Positions 23,113-35,929 of a DNA stretch of 64,000 bases are shown here, one piece after another (the stretch's first letter is position 1; each line of letters opens with the position of its first letter). This DNA comes from Massalongia carnosa. Taxonomy: Eukaryota. Position numbers and translations under genes: made by a program. Where the stretch lies: contig OZ287069.1 in assembly GCA_965645245.1 (NCBI GenBank), forward strand, positions 2,108,001-2,172,000, in the 5' to 3' direction. The notes beneath the pieces are model-generated. The model was not told the DNA's origin. It was given only the letters and a program-made list of their open reading frames with translations, and did not search any database.

Positions 23113-25404
23113 TCAATAACTCTCGCTCAACCCCGCAAAATTCTCCACCTCGGTGCTACAGTTAAACTCTCTCTCCCACGTCCTCCGCGGCAAAATTCCA
23201 GCCTCCATCCCGCCCTTCCAGCTCCACTGCGCCGCGCTCTCCGTCACCCACGTCCAGTAGAACCAGCCCCAGCCGCGCTCGAAACTGGTCATTTGCGCCT
23301 CTGCGTTGAGCAGCAGCCAGCGCTTGTATAGGGCTGAGTACTTGTCCGGAGATGCGTTAGCTTCGGCGCAGGAGCATGGCGCCTTGGGGCAGCGGGGAGT
23401 GAGGATGGAGTCTTGTGGTTGCGGGGCGGTGAGAGTGCCAAGCCAGCGGGAGCCCGTGTTGAGGTTATTGAGATGCGGGGCGCAGTCGGTGTCGGCTTGG
23501 GACCATTCGCCGCAGATGGTGGGGCCGAAGCTAGATTGAAGAGGTTAGGGAAGTAGGGGATTCTTGGAGAAGGGAGGATGTATAAAGGGGAATGAATGGA
23601 CAGGGGTAAAGAGAAATGATGTGAAGAAATCTTGCAACCGGAGAAAAGCGCTGGAAACTTACCCAGTGGAGGTATCAATGCTCTGCTCCATCTGACTAGA
23701 CCACCCGGAACATGCGTATTGGATCTTCTTCTGGTGCGTAAAGGCAATTTGGTCTGGGTTAAAGATGACATACTGATGCGCGTCCAGTACGAGCCTATCC
23801 AGTCCCTGCAGTTTCCCCTGCCACTTCGGCAGGCCTAGGAACCCGTCCCCAAACGCAATCAGCTGACGCACCCCACTCTTACGGACGATACCCACCGCGC
23901 TCGTCGTCCACGCTAGCACAGCCTCGATTGAGAGCGCTGACATCCGCGGCTCGTTAACAAGCCCGTAGATAGCCACCACGTTCTTATATCGTGGCTGTGC
24001 GAAAAAGGTTGACAATTGCGTGTGCAGATCCAGTGAACGCTGAGCGTTCAGTGCGCCATCGGGACCATTGAGCCATTCGATCGCGCCTTGGCGCCCGCTG
24101 TGATTCCAACCATTCTGGCTCCCAGGCAAGGCGTGCAAATCCAGGTTGACACGCAGCCCATATTTCCGTGCGTACTCAATCCCGCGTAGAAGGTAGCGCC
24201 ACGAGATTTTCGGCACGTATGGGTCGCCTGGGTAGGTGATGATGGCCCAGTAGGAAAAGGGAATGCGAACGTGATCAAAGCCGGCGTCTTGCACATCTTT
24301 GAAGGTCTGCTCGTTCATGAAGCGTGCGTAATGCTTTTCCAGCAGCTTGGCCGCCTGGCTGGGACCCAGCTCTTTTGTCAGCGTGTATTCATCCACGATG
24401 CCTTGGTTCGCTTGGTACGAGCTGAATAGGCTCGGTGTGATGAAGGGTTCAATGGACAGCCAGCCACCCAGATTCACACCTCGTATTGGCATCTGTCCAT
24501 ACGCCCAGTTTTTGTCCAGGGCTGGCACATATTCGTTTGCTTGCGTCGTGTCATTCCACGTAGAGTTCAGCCCCATGACGGACAAGCCCCCTACGGTTTC
24601 GCTCGTATAAGTAATGTTGAAATCCGTCGTATCGTACCAAGTGAACGGATCCAGCACGCTGCCTTTGGCCGACGTCGGAATGTCAGTCTCACTGATGCTG
24701 CCTAAATTCGAATTCGATGGGTTATCGCCCGAGGTCGCTCCCCCACTGGATCCGCCTGCGCCTTTTCCCGCATTGCCTCCTTTCTTCCTCGATATCACAA
24801 TGCCAACAGGTATCAAGATCGCCAGTAAAAGGACCAAACTCCCAACCGCCAGCCATAATTTTCTCCTCTTCCGTCCATCATCATCATCCGACAGCGAGCT
24901 TATATACCCTCCTCTCCGTCTTCCCACTTTTCCTTCCTCCGCCAATGGCCCGCTAACCACCCTCCTCTTTTCCTTCCGAACATCCTCTTTTCGCCTCCCG
25001 TGTTTTCCCCGCTCCTTCATCACCCGCCCCGCAACAACCTTTTCCTTCCCTCTTCTTTCCTGCTTCTCTCTCTCGCACACAGTCTCCCACCGCCCTTTTT
25101 CGTTGAGCGCATCAAGTTTCGCCAACGAGTCAATGCTCAGCACATTCGACGACCGCTGCGACTCTAAAGGGCTTTCATGATGTTTGCCCGCTTCCGACCA
25201 CTCCACTTCTGAAGGATCGGCTCTTCGGGTGCGCGCATGTCGATCCTCGCTCAGCGGCCGTCTTTTTCTTCGCTTTCTCTTCTCCCCTTCTGCTGTGGTA
25301 TCTCTCGATCGTCTTTTCTCTCGGTCGCCAGGTTCTCGGTCTTTGCGCGGTCGAGTACGGGGGGATGAGGCGTCCGCACGGGATTCTTGTCGGTGGTTTG
25401 CCAT
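23113..25404 (-). CDS. exgD: GH5 exo-beta-1,3-glucanase, type II membrane-anchored (ExgD-like)
   Basis: Basic cytosolic N-terminus and one TM helix (LWLAVGSLVLLLAILIPVGIVI). GH5 motifs IRGVNLGGWL, HVRIP, LDLH..PGSQNGWNHSG and VNEP. Exon 2 (from ~23530) reads FGPTICGEWSQADTDC..GWFYWTW to a TGA at 23113. Confidence 0.9.
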
Positions 25405-25760
25405 GTAATTGATGATAGCGGGAGCCGCTACATGAAAGAATTAGGTAGGATAGGCTTAGATCATTTATATTATCGCTATAATTGAGGCAGCTAATGGTGA
25501 CGACAACCCCTTGATACTGAGATTCAAGGGGAAGATTTTGGCTGGCCCCACAACTAATGTTGATGGCGCGGGTAGACCGGGGCAACCGGAGAAAAAATAG
25601 CTAGAATCCGGGCGGAAGTTAGGAGATCTATGCAAGCCATAATTAGGCGAAAAATGATGTTGGAATGGAGAGGCTACTATCGGTATCCCATATTTCCATC
25701 AGCTCCATATTATCCATTCACTCACCACCACTCGCTACCCCCATACTCACTCATAAAACC

Positions 25761-26838
25761 ATGTCATCTTCCAACCCCTCCTCATGCCATCACTCATCTT
25801 CCTCTCATCCTCCTCCCTCCAATCTCCGCCACTCCGATCCTCCTTCTCCATCACCTCCAAACGATCTCCCGATCCCCGATTCTCCTCCCGCCACTCTCCC
25901 CCTCCCGCTCTCCGCATCCGTGCTTCTGACGTCTCTTCCCCGTGACGCATCTGCGGCGCTGTCTCAGGCGGTACAGGACATTGATGGCGTTCCTGCTAAG
26001 GGTGAGTAGATGACCGATTTCTTTCTTTAGGGTTTAAAGGCTTTTAGATTAGGAGAGTTTTGCTTATCCACGCTACTTCATTTCCGCTACATATTATCTG
26101 GTTCGGGTGAGGCTGGAATAGAATATCAATCTTTGATTTTCAAACCGGGGATCTGAATATTCTGTCTCTGCTTCAACTGTTTTAAGCCTTCCTCCCCGAT
26201 TCTCAATCCGTCTCCACCGCGCTAAACTCCCTTTTACTCATCTTTCTTTCGTTCTCCCTATTCCCCCACACTCTCATTAACTCACTAACCTCCCCCCTCC
26301 CTTGTACATAAAGTTACCATCCGTCTTCACCCCATCGGCGCCGCCCCGCAGCTGCGGCAGAAAGTCTTTCGAGTCAGCGCTAGCAATCGCTTTGAAACGG
26401 TCGTTACGTTCCTGCGCAAGAAACTTGTTGCGGAGACGGGCGACAAGGCCGCAAGTGTCTTTTGCTATGTCAACAGTGTGTTTGCGCCTGGCTTGGACGA
26501 GGGTGTTGGTGGGCTTTGGAGGGTGAGTTACTGTCACGGTTTCTTCATTTTCTTTGTTTCTTTTTTTGAGAGGTTCCATTTCCGGAGGATTTTGGTAAAC
26601 TATGTCTCTCCTCCCAGGTTTCAGCCAGGTGAACGAGAAGAATGAGATAGAGGCCTGGGAGGATTAGTGCAGGGGAATGGACGAGGGGATAAGATAAAGG
26701 TGGAGATCTTTAACAAATTTTTTCTGGTACAAGTGCGAGGTAAACAGCCAGGAGGGGGCTAGCTGACTTTGAAAACAGTGTTTCAAAACCGACGACCAGC
26801 TCATCGTGGGCTATTCCTTGACGCCTGCTTTTGGCTAA
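25761..26838 (+). CDS. ATG12: Ubiquitin-like autophagy protein Atg12
   Basis: Three exons giving [84 protein letters not shown], ending in the conjugating Gly. Confidence 0.93.
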
Positions 26839-27190
26839 GTCAGGCCCCTCTATGCCTGTTACATATCTCTCCTAGCCTGAAACAGACTTGGGCTAGATGC
26901 CTAGTCACTTAAAAATTCCGTTGCTACGAATGACTTTTAAAGGAGAGTTTAGCTCAAGATACTTCATAGTACATTCATGAAAAAACAAGGATGAAGCTCA
27001 TATAGCTACAGCGTCCTCTCAAGGGGCTTTAATCATGCCAAACGTGTGTATGCCAGTCGTGTGAATATCCAAGGAAGAGAGGCCGAGATGGAGAAACCTA
27101 TTGTATTTGTGCTGATAAGAAATGGGGGTATTCGCCGACAACAGCTAGATCCCAGAAATAGAAACTTGGACACCATATACGAAAAACGGC

Positions 27191-28323
27191 TCAAACTCCT
27201 TTCAATTCAACCAGCCGCTCGAACTCGGACATCTCTTCTACGGGCATAGGATACGTATGCGCAGGAGCAGGGTATGAGCGGCTCTTTACTTCACCTAAAA
27301 TTTGGTTGCTAAGTTAGCTTTGGGACAAGTTCTGAGGTGAGCATGGAAGGCTGTACTTTTGTAGGCTTCTATGGCTTTCATGCTCTCTCCCCATACGTTG
27401 CCGTACTGTTTGACGAATTTCGGGAGGAACCGGCCAGGAGGAAAGTTGCCGGACATGTCCACCTGAACTAGCACTTGGCCCGAGCAGCCGTTGCCGGCCC
27501 CAATACCTATGGTGGGGATCTTGAGCTTCTTGGTCACAAGGCTCGCTACCTCCGCAGGCACAGCTTCTAGAACAACAGCAAAGCAGCCAGCAGCTTGCAC
27601 TGCGAAGGCATCTTCCAGGACCTTGAGCGCCCCGATTGTCGTCTTGCCCTGAACCCTGAACCCTCCGAGAGAGTTCTGCCGTTGGGGTGTTAGGCCAACG
27701 TGTCCGAGAACTGGGATCCCAGCTCGGGTGATACGTTCGATGGTTGATGCCATTTCGAGGCCGCCCTCCAACTTGATACCTTGGACTCGACCTTCCTTGA
27801 TTACCCTGATGGCCGATTCGAGGGCTTGCTCAGGGGCAATTTCATATGAGCCCATGGGGAGGTCTCCAACCTATTGGGAAGCTTTTAGCGAACACAGGCA
27901 ATAATGATCTAGGGAGGGATGGCGCACGGTGAAAGCGGATTTGGTAGCTCTGGCCACGCTTCGGCAATGCAAGATCATCTCCTCCAGCACCACTTCACTT
28001 GTGTCCTCCATGCCTAATGCAACCATAGCTAAACTATCACCGACAAGTATCATATCCATACCAGCGGCATCAGCGACATGGGCGCTCGGGAAATCATGCG
28101 CCGTGATCATGGTTATAGGTTCTTGCTTATGATGCAGGGTGCGGAGCGTATTAATGGTAACTTTTTTGCGAGGATTGGATGTCGTTGCACCCATTGGAGA
28201 ATGCGAGCTCCGCCGTGTTTGATATTGGGACAGCGTGATAGGGCGGATCACAGCAGGCAGCGACAGCTTTGCGCAAAGCAGAGCGGCTTGAAGAGGGTTT
28301 GATCGTGTGAGCCGGTGCGACAT
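27191..28323 (-). CDS. panB: 3-methyl-2-oxobutanoate (ketopantoate) hydroxymethyltransferase
   Basis: Three exons. Motifs ITMITAHDF, ILVGDSLAMV, DLPMGSYE, IKLEGG, GHVGLTPQ, PTIGIGAG..GQVLV and PKFVKQY. The Arg/Ser-rich N-terminus resembles a mitochondrial presequence. Confidence 0.93.
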
Positions 28324-29106
28324 GCTATCACCCTGGTTCTTTCGCAACGGAAGTAGTGGATGAAGGTGGAGAATAGGGATGAGAGAGAGGAGATGAAGAT
28401 GACAGATCCATTGTTTTAGTAAGAAAGGCCAGTTTTTTTTAGTACTCAGCTCGTGATGGTGAGTGCGGCGGATGTTTGGGTACGATGATGGATTTTCTTT
28501 GAAGCCGCAAGTGGGTGAATCGTTCGTCTCCTTTAGGCCTAAGGCTGATTTGGCCGCTAGCCTTTTGGCCGCCGGTTCAACTCCCCAAATTGGGATATCA
28601 CATGACTGGTAAGAGAGGTAGTCAATATTGGCAGTTAATGCAGCTGTATAAGGTACACGTGAACGTACACATATCAACTAAATGCAATCAGTTAAAGCCA
28701 AGTTAAAGCCGAGACTTGATGCATGACCCCGCCGTCTTTGTTGTTGACGCCACAGTCACTTACCCTCGGGTTTTCCAATTAAGGTACTCAATAGGTGTCT
28801 TAGTCTTTCAGATCTCTGTTTTTCTTCCTCAGAGCCTTAACACCCTTTCTGCAAAACTGGATCTCAATCTTTGCACACCACGGAACAAACAAAGGACTGA
28901 GCTCTACGTTCAAGTAGAGTCGACCTAGCCTTTCTTAGATTTTCTAGACTTGATAAGATCTTCCTAGACTCTCGACAAAACACTTCAGCGGTGATTTTGA
29001 ACTCCCAGTACTAGAGTGAGAATACCATTAGAGTTACAATCGGCATTACGCAAGTCCAATAGGATACCAAGGCTATAACTCAACCCGGGCATCATCGGGC
29101 GGCAAG

Positions 29107-30186
29107 ATGAGTAGCCCAAAAAGGAGGATTGAGAGCGATGTGAGTCTAGGTGTAATCAGACTCTATCGCGTGAGGCGAAGCACTCGATTTACATAGGCTA
29201 ATACGATATTCTGTTGGTGGGAATAGGTTATGAAGTGAGTTGGGAAGCTGATTCATATCCTCAAGTTTATGTTGATAGTGTTTAGGATGTATGACGTCCG
29301 CCCGAAATAGCAGCTTCATGCTCTCCAAGATTGTTCGAGAACGTAAAATGAAGTGATTGACTTCTGGTTAGGATGATGAGTGACTATGAGGTGACCTTGG
29401 TCAACGACAATAGTGAGTAAAGTTTATGAAGCTTGGTAGATGCTAGATGCTAACTGTTACCTAGTGTATGCAAAAGAAAGCTCTTAATGTCCTCAATATT
29501 TTGGATAGAAGAGGCTTATCCTCGATTGTTATAAAGGCAGGAGTTCTTCGTCCGTTTCAAGGGCCCTGAAGAAAGTATGACAAAGGAAAGTACTGGAATA
29601 TAAGTGGATAACGCTGATCTGGTTCTTTAAGCACCATTCACCGGCGGTCTTTGGAAAATCCATGTAGAGCTTCCAGATCAATATCCATATAAGAGTCCCA
29701 GCATTGGATTCGTCAACCGAATCTTCCATCCCAACATTGATGAATTGTAGGCCCTTTTTTTTACATTTAAGACCTTTTGTGTTTAAAGGTTTCGTGCTGA
29801 AAAAATTCAGATCCGGGTCCGTCTGTCTAGATGTGATAAATCAAACTTGGTCGCCTATGTACGACATGATCAATATTTTCGAGGTCTTCTTGCCTCAACT
29901 TCTCCGATATCCAAACCCTACAGATCCTCTCAACGGAGAGGCCGCCGCGTTGCTAATGCGAGATTCCAAGACGTACGAAGCCAAGGTTAAAGGTAACACA
30001 CCGTCCTCAGAAATAGGAGCAGAGAGTTAGACTTACAAACTTGTGCATTCAGAATACGTTGCAAAGTATGCGACTAAGGATGCTGCTGATGACGCTGGTG
30101 AAGATAGTGAATCGGAGGACGAAATGAGCTCCGTTGGAGATTTTGAGTCTGAAGATGAAGAGCCTGCAGGACCGATGGAGGTTTGA
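29107..30186 (+). CDS. UBC8: E2 ubiquitin-conjugating enzyme, Ubc8/UBE2H type
   Basis: Eight-exon model: 29107-29139, 29227-29234, 29372-29412, 29465, 29537-29574, 29632-29746, 29811-29992, 30053-30186. It gives [59 protein letters not shown] and an acidic tail. Confidence 0.92.
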
Positions 30187-30987
30187 CGACATCTTTATGA
30201 TTATATGCGCTGCAAGGTGTTGAACGGGATACGCTTTCTTTGCTTAAGTTTCATGATCAAGATGGGATAGGAGTTGTGGAGTTGGGGCATCAGATTTCCC
30301 CTCATCATGTCAATAGTTGAATGAAGAACTTAATTAAGTTAATATTGTATTTTGGTATAGGCCTAAGCCTAGTGTTAGGTGAAGGGCAAACTTGACCAAT
30401 CCTTGCAGGAAATATAAAATAGGCTTTTCTGCCAAAGTATGCTACTGCGAAATTTAGTAGAGGTCCACACAGAGCCGCCCACATTGAAAAGCTTTGCCTG
30501 TTGACACCCTGAACAGGTGCATATAAAAAAAAAACACTTCATGTATAAAAGTGGAACAGTTTCGGGCTTATTTCGGGGGAGGTTGCTCTATGCGACGCCA
30601 ACGTCATCCATTTTGTTATCGTCAACAAACATTCCACCAAGCTGCCTGCATGCAAACTATAATCCCTATTTTACCATATCAGCGGCTCTCTGTACCCCTC
30701 ATGTCTCGGAAGAATTCATAGTTCGCTGAAAAGGTATTTACTGTCTTTAGTACTCAGGTAACCATGAGCATGGTATAGGACATCCACATATTTGTCAGCC
30801 CCAGGGTAGGCACCGCGCCTCACACATTCGATAGAAGCATTGTTCACTTTTGAACCTTATCTACCAGGATCGTACCGTTCTGCTGCCCGCACTTTTTGAG
30901 TTCCCGGTCCGACCGAAAGCGACGAGGAAGAAACATTGCGATACAAGGAGACAAGGACTGAGCATTTAATCTTTCGAACAAACAACG

Positions 30988-33900
30988 TTGGATTCTCAGT
31001 CATCACCATTTTCAAATCTTAGGAGAAACAGCAGCGAACATTTTTCTCAGCTGGGTGATTCTACCTCTTTATTCTTCCCAAATACTTCTTTAGAAGAGTC
31101 ACCTCTGCAGCCTTTCAAGGTTGAACAGATACCATATCAATTTATCGGATCTAGGCCTCATCCCGCGAATTTATTTGTATTTGATCAATCTCAACTCCCC
31201 AAAGAACGAGTTTCTAAAGCTTCACGATCGTTGAACCAAAACCTCAGTGGTTTAAGGAAGAAGCCAAAAGCTATGGTGGTAGAAAGAGAGCCTCCAAAAC
31301 CAGCGGGGAAGTCGCCCGAGAAGCCAAGTACTCCAGCATTTGGAAATTTCAAGCAGCCAGAATTCGGAAAAGCAAGTCCTCTCCAAAGCCGACTACACTC
31401 AAATGTCTTCAATATTCCCAAGCCACGTCAGCCCCGCCCAGAACATCATAGAATAAATGAGAATGGAGACGGTGTGGAGTTCGTGCAAAATAATCCTGAT
31501 CGATCTATTTGGCAACAGCCGGCCCAGCCGAAGCCTAGTCATGACTTGCTGAACAGTGCGGAGGTTGTCGAGATACCTAGACCGGCAAATTTGCCAAGTT
31601 GGAGAAGTCGCCCACCTGCAGTTTCCACGTTCTCATCTCTTGGACCTTCTATAGGAGGTTTCTCTTCAGTTAACCCACGCGACACCATTGGAAAAGCTGT
31701 AGATCTTACGAGCGTTCATGATCCATTTGGGCTTGATAGCGCTCTTCTCAACGATAAGTTTGGAGCTGCAGATCCTTATACCTATGTCGACGCTGGAAAG
31801 GCGACAGAGAATATCAAGGCGCTTCTTGAAGGCGCATTTGAAGATGACGAAGATAAACCTAGAACACGAAGCCGGAAAAAGAAAGTTGAATCCACGCTTG
31901 CAGGACTTGCAGGAAAGTTAGAAAAGCTCGATGTCAAGCTAGAGCATCAGGAAGAGCATCTGGACGAAGAAGAGGAGGAAGACGATGGCACAATTGAAGG
32001 GCTTAATGTAAAGCTTCTACCTCATCAGGTTGATGGCGTTGAATGGATGAAAGATAAGGAAATAACCATGAAGAAGAAGAATGGAGTACTTCCGAAAGGG
32101 GGCATTCTGGCGGACGACGTATGTCTTTCTTTATTCTGAAACCTGATCCAACACTAACGATCTACGTAGATGGGGTTGGGCAAGACTATCCAGTCAATAT
32201 CTCTATTACTTGTTAATCCTCGGCCCAAATGCTCTCCCGAGAGCAATGATAAGAAGGCCTTACCTAAGATTGTCGAAAAATGCACCTTAGTTGTCGCACC
32301 ACTTGCGCTCATCAAGCAATGGGAAGCTGAGATCAAGAATCGGGTTTCAGACAGCCACAAGTTTAGAGTTTGCGTTCACCATGGACCACAGCGAACCAAG
32401 AGATTCGAAGACTTGCGGAAATACGACATTGTAGTCACAACTTATCAGATTCTGGTATCAGAGCATGGCAGCTCTTCCGAAAGAGCCGATGGCCCTCAGT
32501 TTGGGTGTTTTGGTCTTCATTGGTATCGGATTATCTTAGATGAAGCTCATACGATTAAAAATCGAAACGCCAAAGCTACGAAGGCATGCTGTGCGCTGCG
32601 AGCCGAGTATAGGTGGTGCTTGACAGGCACCCCCATGCAAAATAACCTTGATGAGCTTCAAAGTCTCATTCATTTTCTCCGGATCAAGCCATACAATGAC
32701 TTGTCAGTATGGAAAGACCAAATAACGAGACCAATGAGCAACGGGCGAGGAGGGGTGGCTATCAAACGACTTCAAGTGTACCTGAAAGCATTCATGAAAC
32801 GTCGAACTAAGGATGTTTTGAGGCAAGAGGGAGCGTTGAATCCTGGTGGCAAAGCGTCTGTTAAAGGTCAAACAAATGGCTTCAAGATTACGGAAAGAAA
32901 AATTGAGAATATCTCTGCCGAATTTTCCCTTGAGGAACGTGGATTCTACGATCGACTGGAGCAGCGAACAGACAAGAGCTTGGAGCAAATGATGGGTGGT
33001 CAAAAAATAAATTATGCCAGCGCGTTAGTGCTACTGTTGCGTTTACGGCAGGCTTGCAATCATCCGCAGCTGGTTGGTGGGAGCATGGCCAATGACCGAG
33101 ATGCGCTGACTACCGGGCAAGGTTTGGGATCCCAGACTCTGCGTAAGACAAAGGTGGTCGACAAAGAGCTGGATGATATGGCTGATTTGCTGGGAGGGCT
33201 GAGTGTAGAGACGAAGAAATGTGACGTTTGTCAGATTGAGCTTCAGGAAGATCGGATTTCTTCGGGTGGAATTAGATGTATCGAATGTGAGGAAGACTTG
33301 ACGGGGCAAAAAAAAGTGAAGAAGTCTATGAAGAAGCACAAACACAACAAACATTCGTCAGTCAGTATGAAGTCGGAAAAACCGCGAATTCGAACAAAGA
33401 AAAACCGTCCAGTTGTGCTGGACAGTTCTGACGAGGAGGATGAGGGCGACTGGGTAGTACCCGAAAACCAACGTTCTTCCAAAGATCTTGGAGTTGCTGG
33501 AGGAGATGAGGATGAAAATGCCGAGGGAGGGGGTGAATCATTGGCATCCGAAGATTCAGATACAGGAGATGAATCCGACATGAAAATGCTCGGCTCACGT
33601 AAACACAAGGTAGTCGGCCTGAGTAGTTCGGATAACGAAGGAAACCCATCATCATCAGAAGGTGAGGGGGAAACAGCTGAAGAAGATGGTGATTCCGATT
33701 CTTCATCCCTGCACCAACCCTCTCCAACCACTTCCGCCAAAATCCGTCATCTCATTACCATTCTCCACCGCGAGTGCAAGGAGCATAAAATCATTGTCTT
33801 CTCACAATTCACCTCCATGCTCGATCTCGTGGAGCCATTCCTCCACAAAGCCCACTTTGTCTTCACCCGCTATGACGGTAGCATGCGCAACGATCATCGC

Positions 33901-34590
33901 GAAGCCAGTTTGGAACGCCTGCGCACCGATCCGAAAACTCGCATTCTACTCTGTAGTCTGAAATGCGGATCGTTGGGCCTCAACCTTACCGCCGCCTCTA
34001 GAGTTGTCATTCTCGAGCCGTTCTGGAATCCTGTAAGCCTCAGAAAATGCTGATTTTAATCTACTAGCTCCTCAAATCCTCTATCCCTCCCCCAAAACTA
34101 TTCCCCGCTCTTCCTCGTCCCCCTCATGAATTTCTTCATTCGCTAACCTCCCACCCCCCCACAGTTCGTCGAAGAGCAAGCCATCGACCGCGTGCATCGC
34201 CTCAACCAAACGCGCGACGTTGTCGTCTATAAACTAACCATCGCCAACACGGTCGAAGCCCGCATATTAGCGCTGCAAGAAAAGAAGCGGGCCCTAGCCG
34301 AGGCGGCCATCGAGGGTAAAGCGGTCGGAAAGCTGAGCTTAAAGGACATCTTAAATCTTTTCCGAAGAGATGCCGAGGAGGCGCATCATGATGATGATAA
34401 CGTTGGAGGTGTTCAGGGTGGGTTGGGCGTCAAAGTGGGAGTCTTGCGGAGGGACGAGATGATGGATGTGGTGGGTAGTGGCGAGGGTGGGGTTGCAGGA
34501 GGGAAGGAGCGAGAGCGAGAGCGAGAGAAGGTTTCGGAAAGGGGCGGGGGGGCCGCTAGGGAGGAGTCAGTTTGGTCAAGGAAATGGTGA
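30988..34590 (+). CDS. SNF2-family ATPase/helicase (Rad5/Rad16/Uls1-like subgroup)
   Basis: Introns 32119-32169 and 34033-34164. Motifs [50 protein letters not shown] and [11 protein letters not shown], plus a CxxC..CxxC insert. The start is uncertain: the open frame begins at 30988 and the first ATG is at 31273. Confidence 0.9.
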
Positions 34591-35929
34591 TATAGGGGGG
34601 GGGGGGGGGGGGGTCCGTTTATGTATGTACAGGTGTTGTTGGGGAGCAAAGCCGAAAGGTTGCATGCAGGCTTTGGTTGGCTTGCCAAGGGTCGATCACC
34701 CCATGGTGGTCCCCAAAACGACGGGCAGATTTTTTCCTTCATCAATCAATCAATCAACCATATCTAATACTACCCATTAGGTGGACAAGTATATAGATAG
34801 ACAGACAAACGGACGACGGATACTCACTCACTCACTTCTCCTAACCCGTATGTATCGTTCGTTCATTTACTCGATCAATCAATCAACTCCCCCCCCCTTA
34901 CCCCTCTTGATCTCAAGAAAGGAACAAACAACCCTCTTCTCTCAGGCGCCCCCCCTTCTTCCAATCACGCATGCATGCATGCATCCCTCCAACGATTCAA
35001 CCATACATGCATGGATGGGTCGGTCATCTTCTTGATTTCTTGCGTGCATGCTTTCCTGCCTGGGCAGGGTAGGCATGTAAGTAGGGATGAATGGATGGAT
35101 GGATGGGAATGAGCTCTAGTTACAAGGTTTCTTCGGCCGAGAGAAATGGGCATTTGTTTGTTTGGGTGTGTGGTTCTTAGTTTGTCGTGGATAAATGTTA
35201 TATATATAATAGAAGTTTGTGTATATATACCTACTCGAAACGAAATGTCACGTCATGCTTGTTTGATACAGTTGCGTTGTGATCTAGATAGATGTTTGTG
35301 ATCCATAATTTTTCACAAAGACCAAAAAAACAAAAGGCCCTGGGAGCCAAAAGTCGTTGCACGGCGAAGTTAGAGTGGGAAGAAGACATCATGATTTTAA
35401 AAGAATATATACAACGTCCGTTCATCCCTCATTCACACCCTTCGATTCGATTCAATTCACTTCACCCTTTTTCCCCCTCAAATGCAGCAGATAACCTGAC
35501 ACACTCGCTTCGCAAAATCGCACGTCGCAGTCGCAAAGTGAAGTGCATTGAATGCTGTGTAATGCAATGCAGCGTAATGCATGAAGTGCCCAAGAATCAG
35601 AAAAAGAGAAGATAACAATCCATGTATAGCCCGGGGGGGGTTGGGGGGGGGGGGTTGGGTGGGTATAAAGATGGATGGGAGACTCCCCACACCGCTCCAA
35701 GAGAAATTAAAACGACGAGAGAAGAGCCCCGGTTTGATTCCGAGAAACGCCTGTTTTGGTTGAATTTGTGGGTAAAGGGAGATGAAATTTATGTGCGTAA
35801 GGGGTGTGGATAGGATCCTGAGATGGATGGTTCTTGCAACCCCGTAGTCCATAGGGACTGAGGTAGAAGTCGTTTGGAAAGATAGTGGAAGGTTTTGACG
35901 ACATGACGAAGAATGATGGGAAAGAGGAT

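Noticed and set aside
25665..25760. In-frame upstream ATG extending ATG12 by 32 aa
   Set aside because: The extension is pyrimidine-rich promoter/UTR-like sequence and ATG 25761 has a better context (AAACCATG). This cannot be settled without TSS data.
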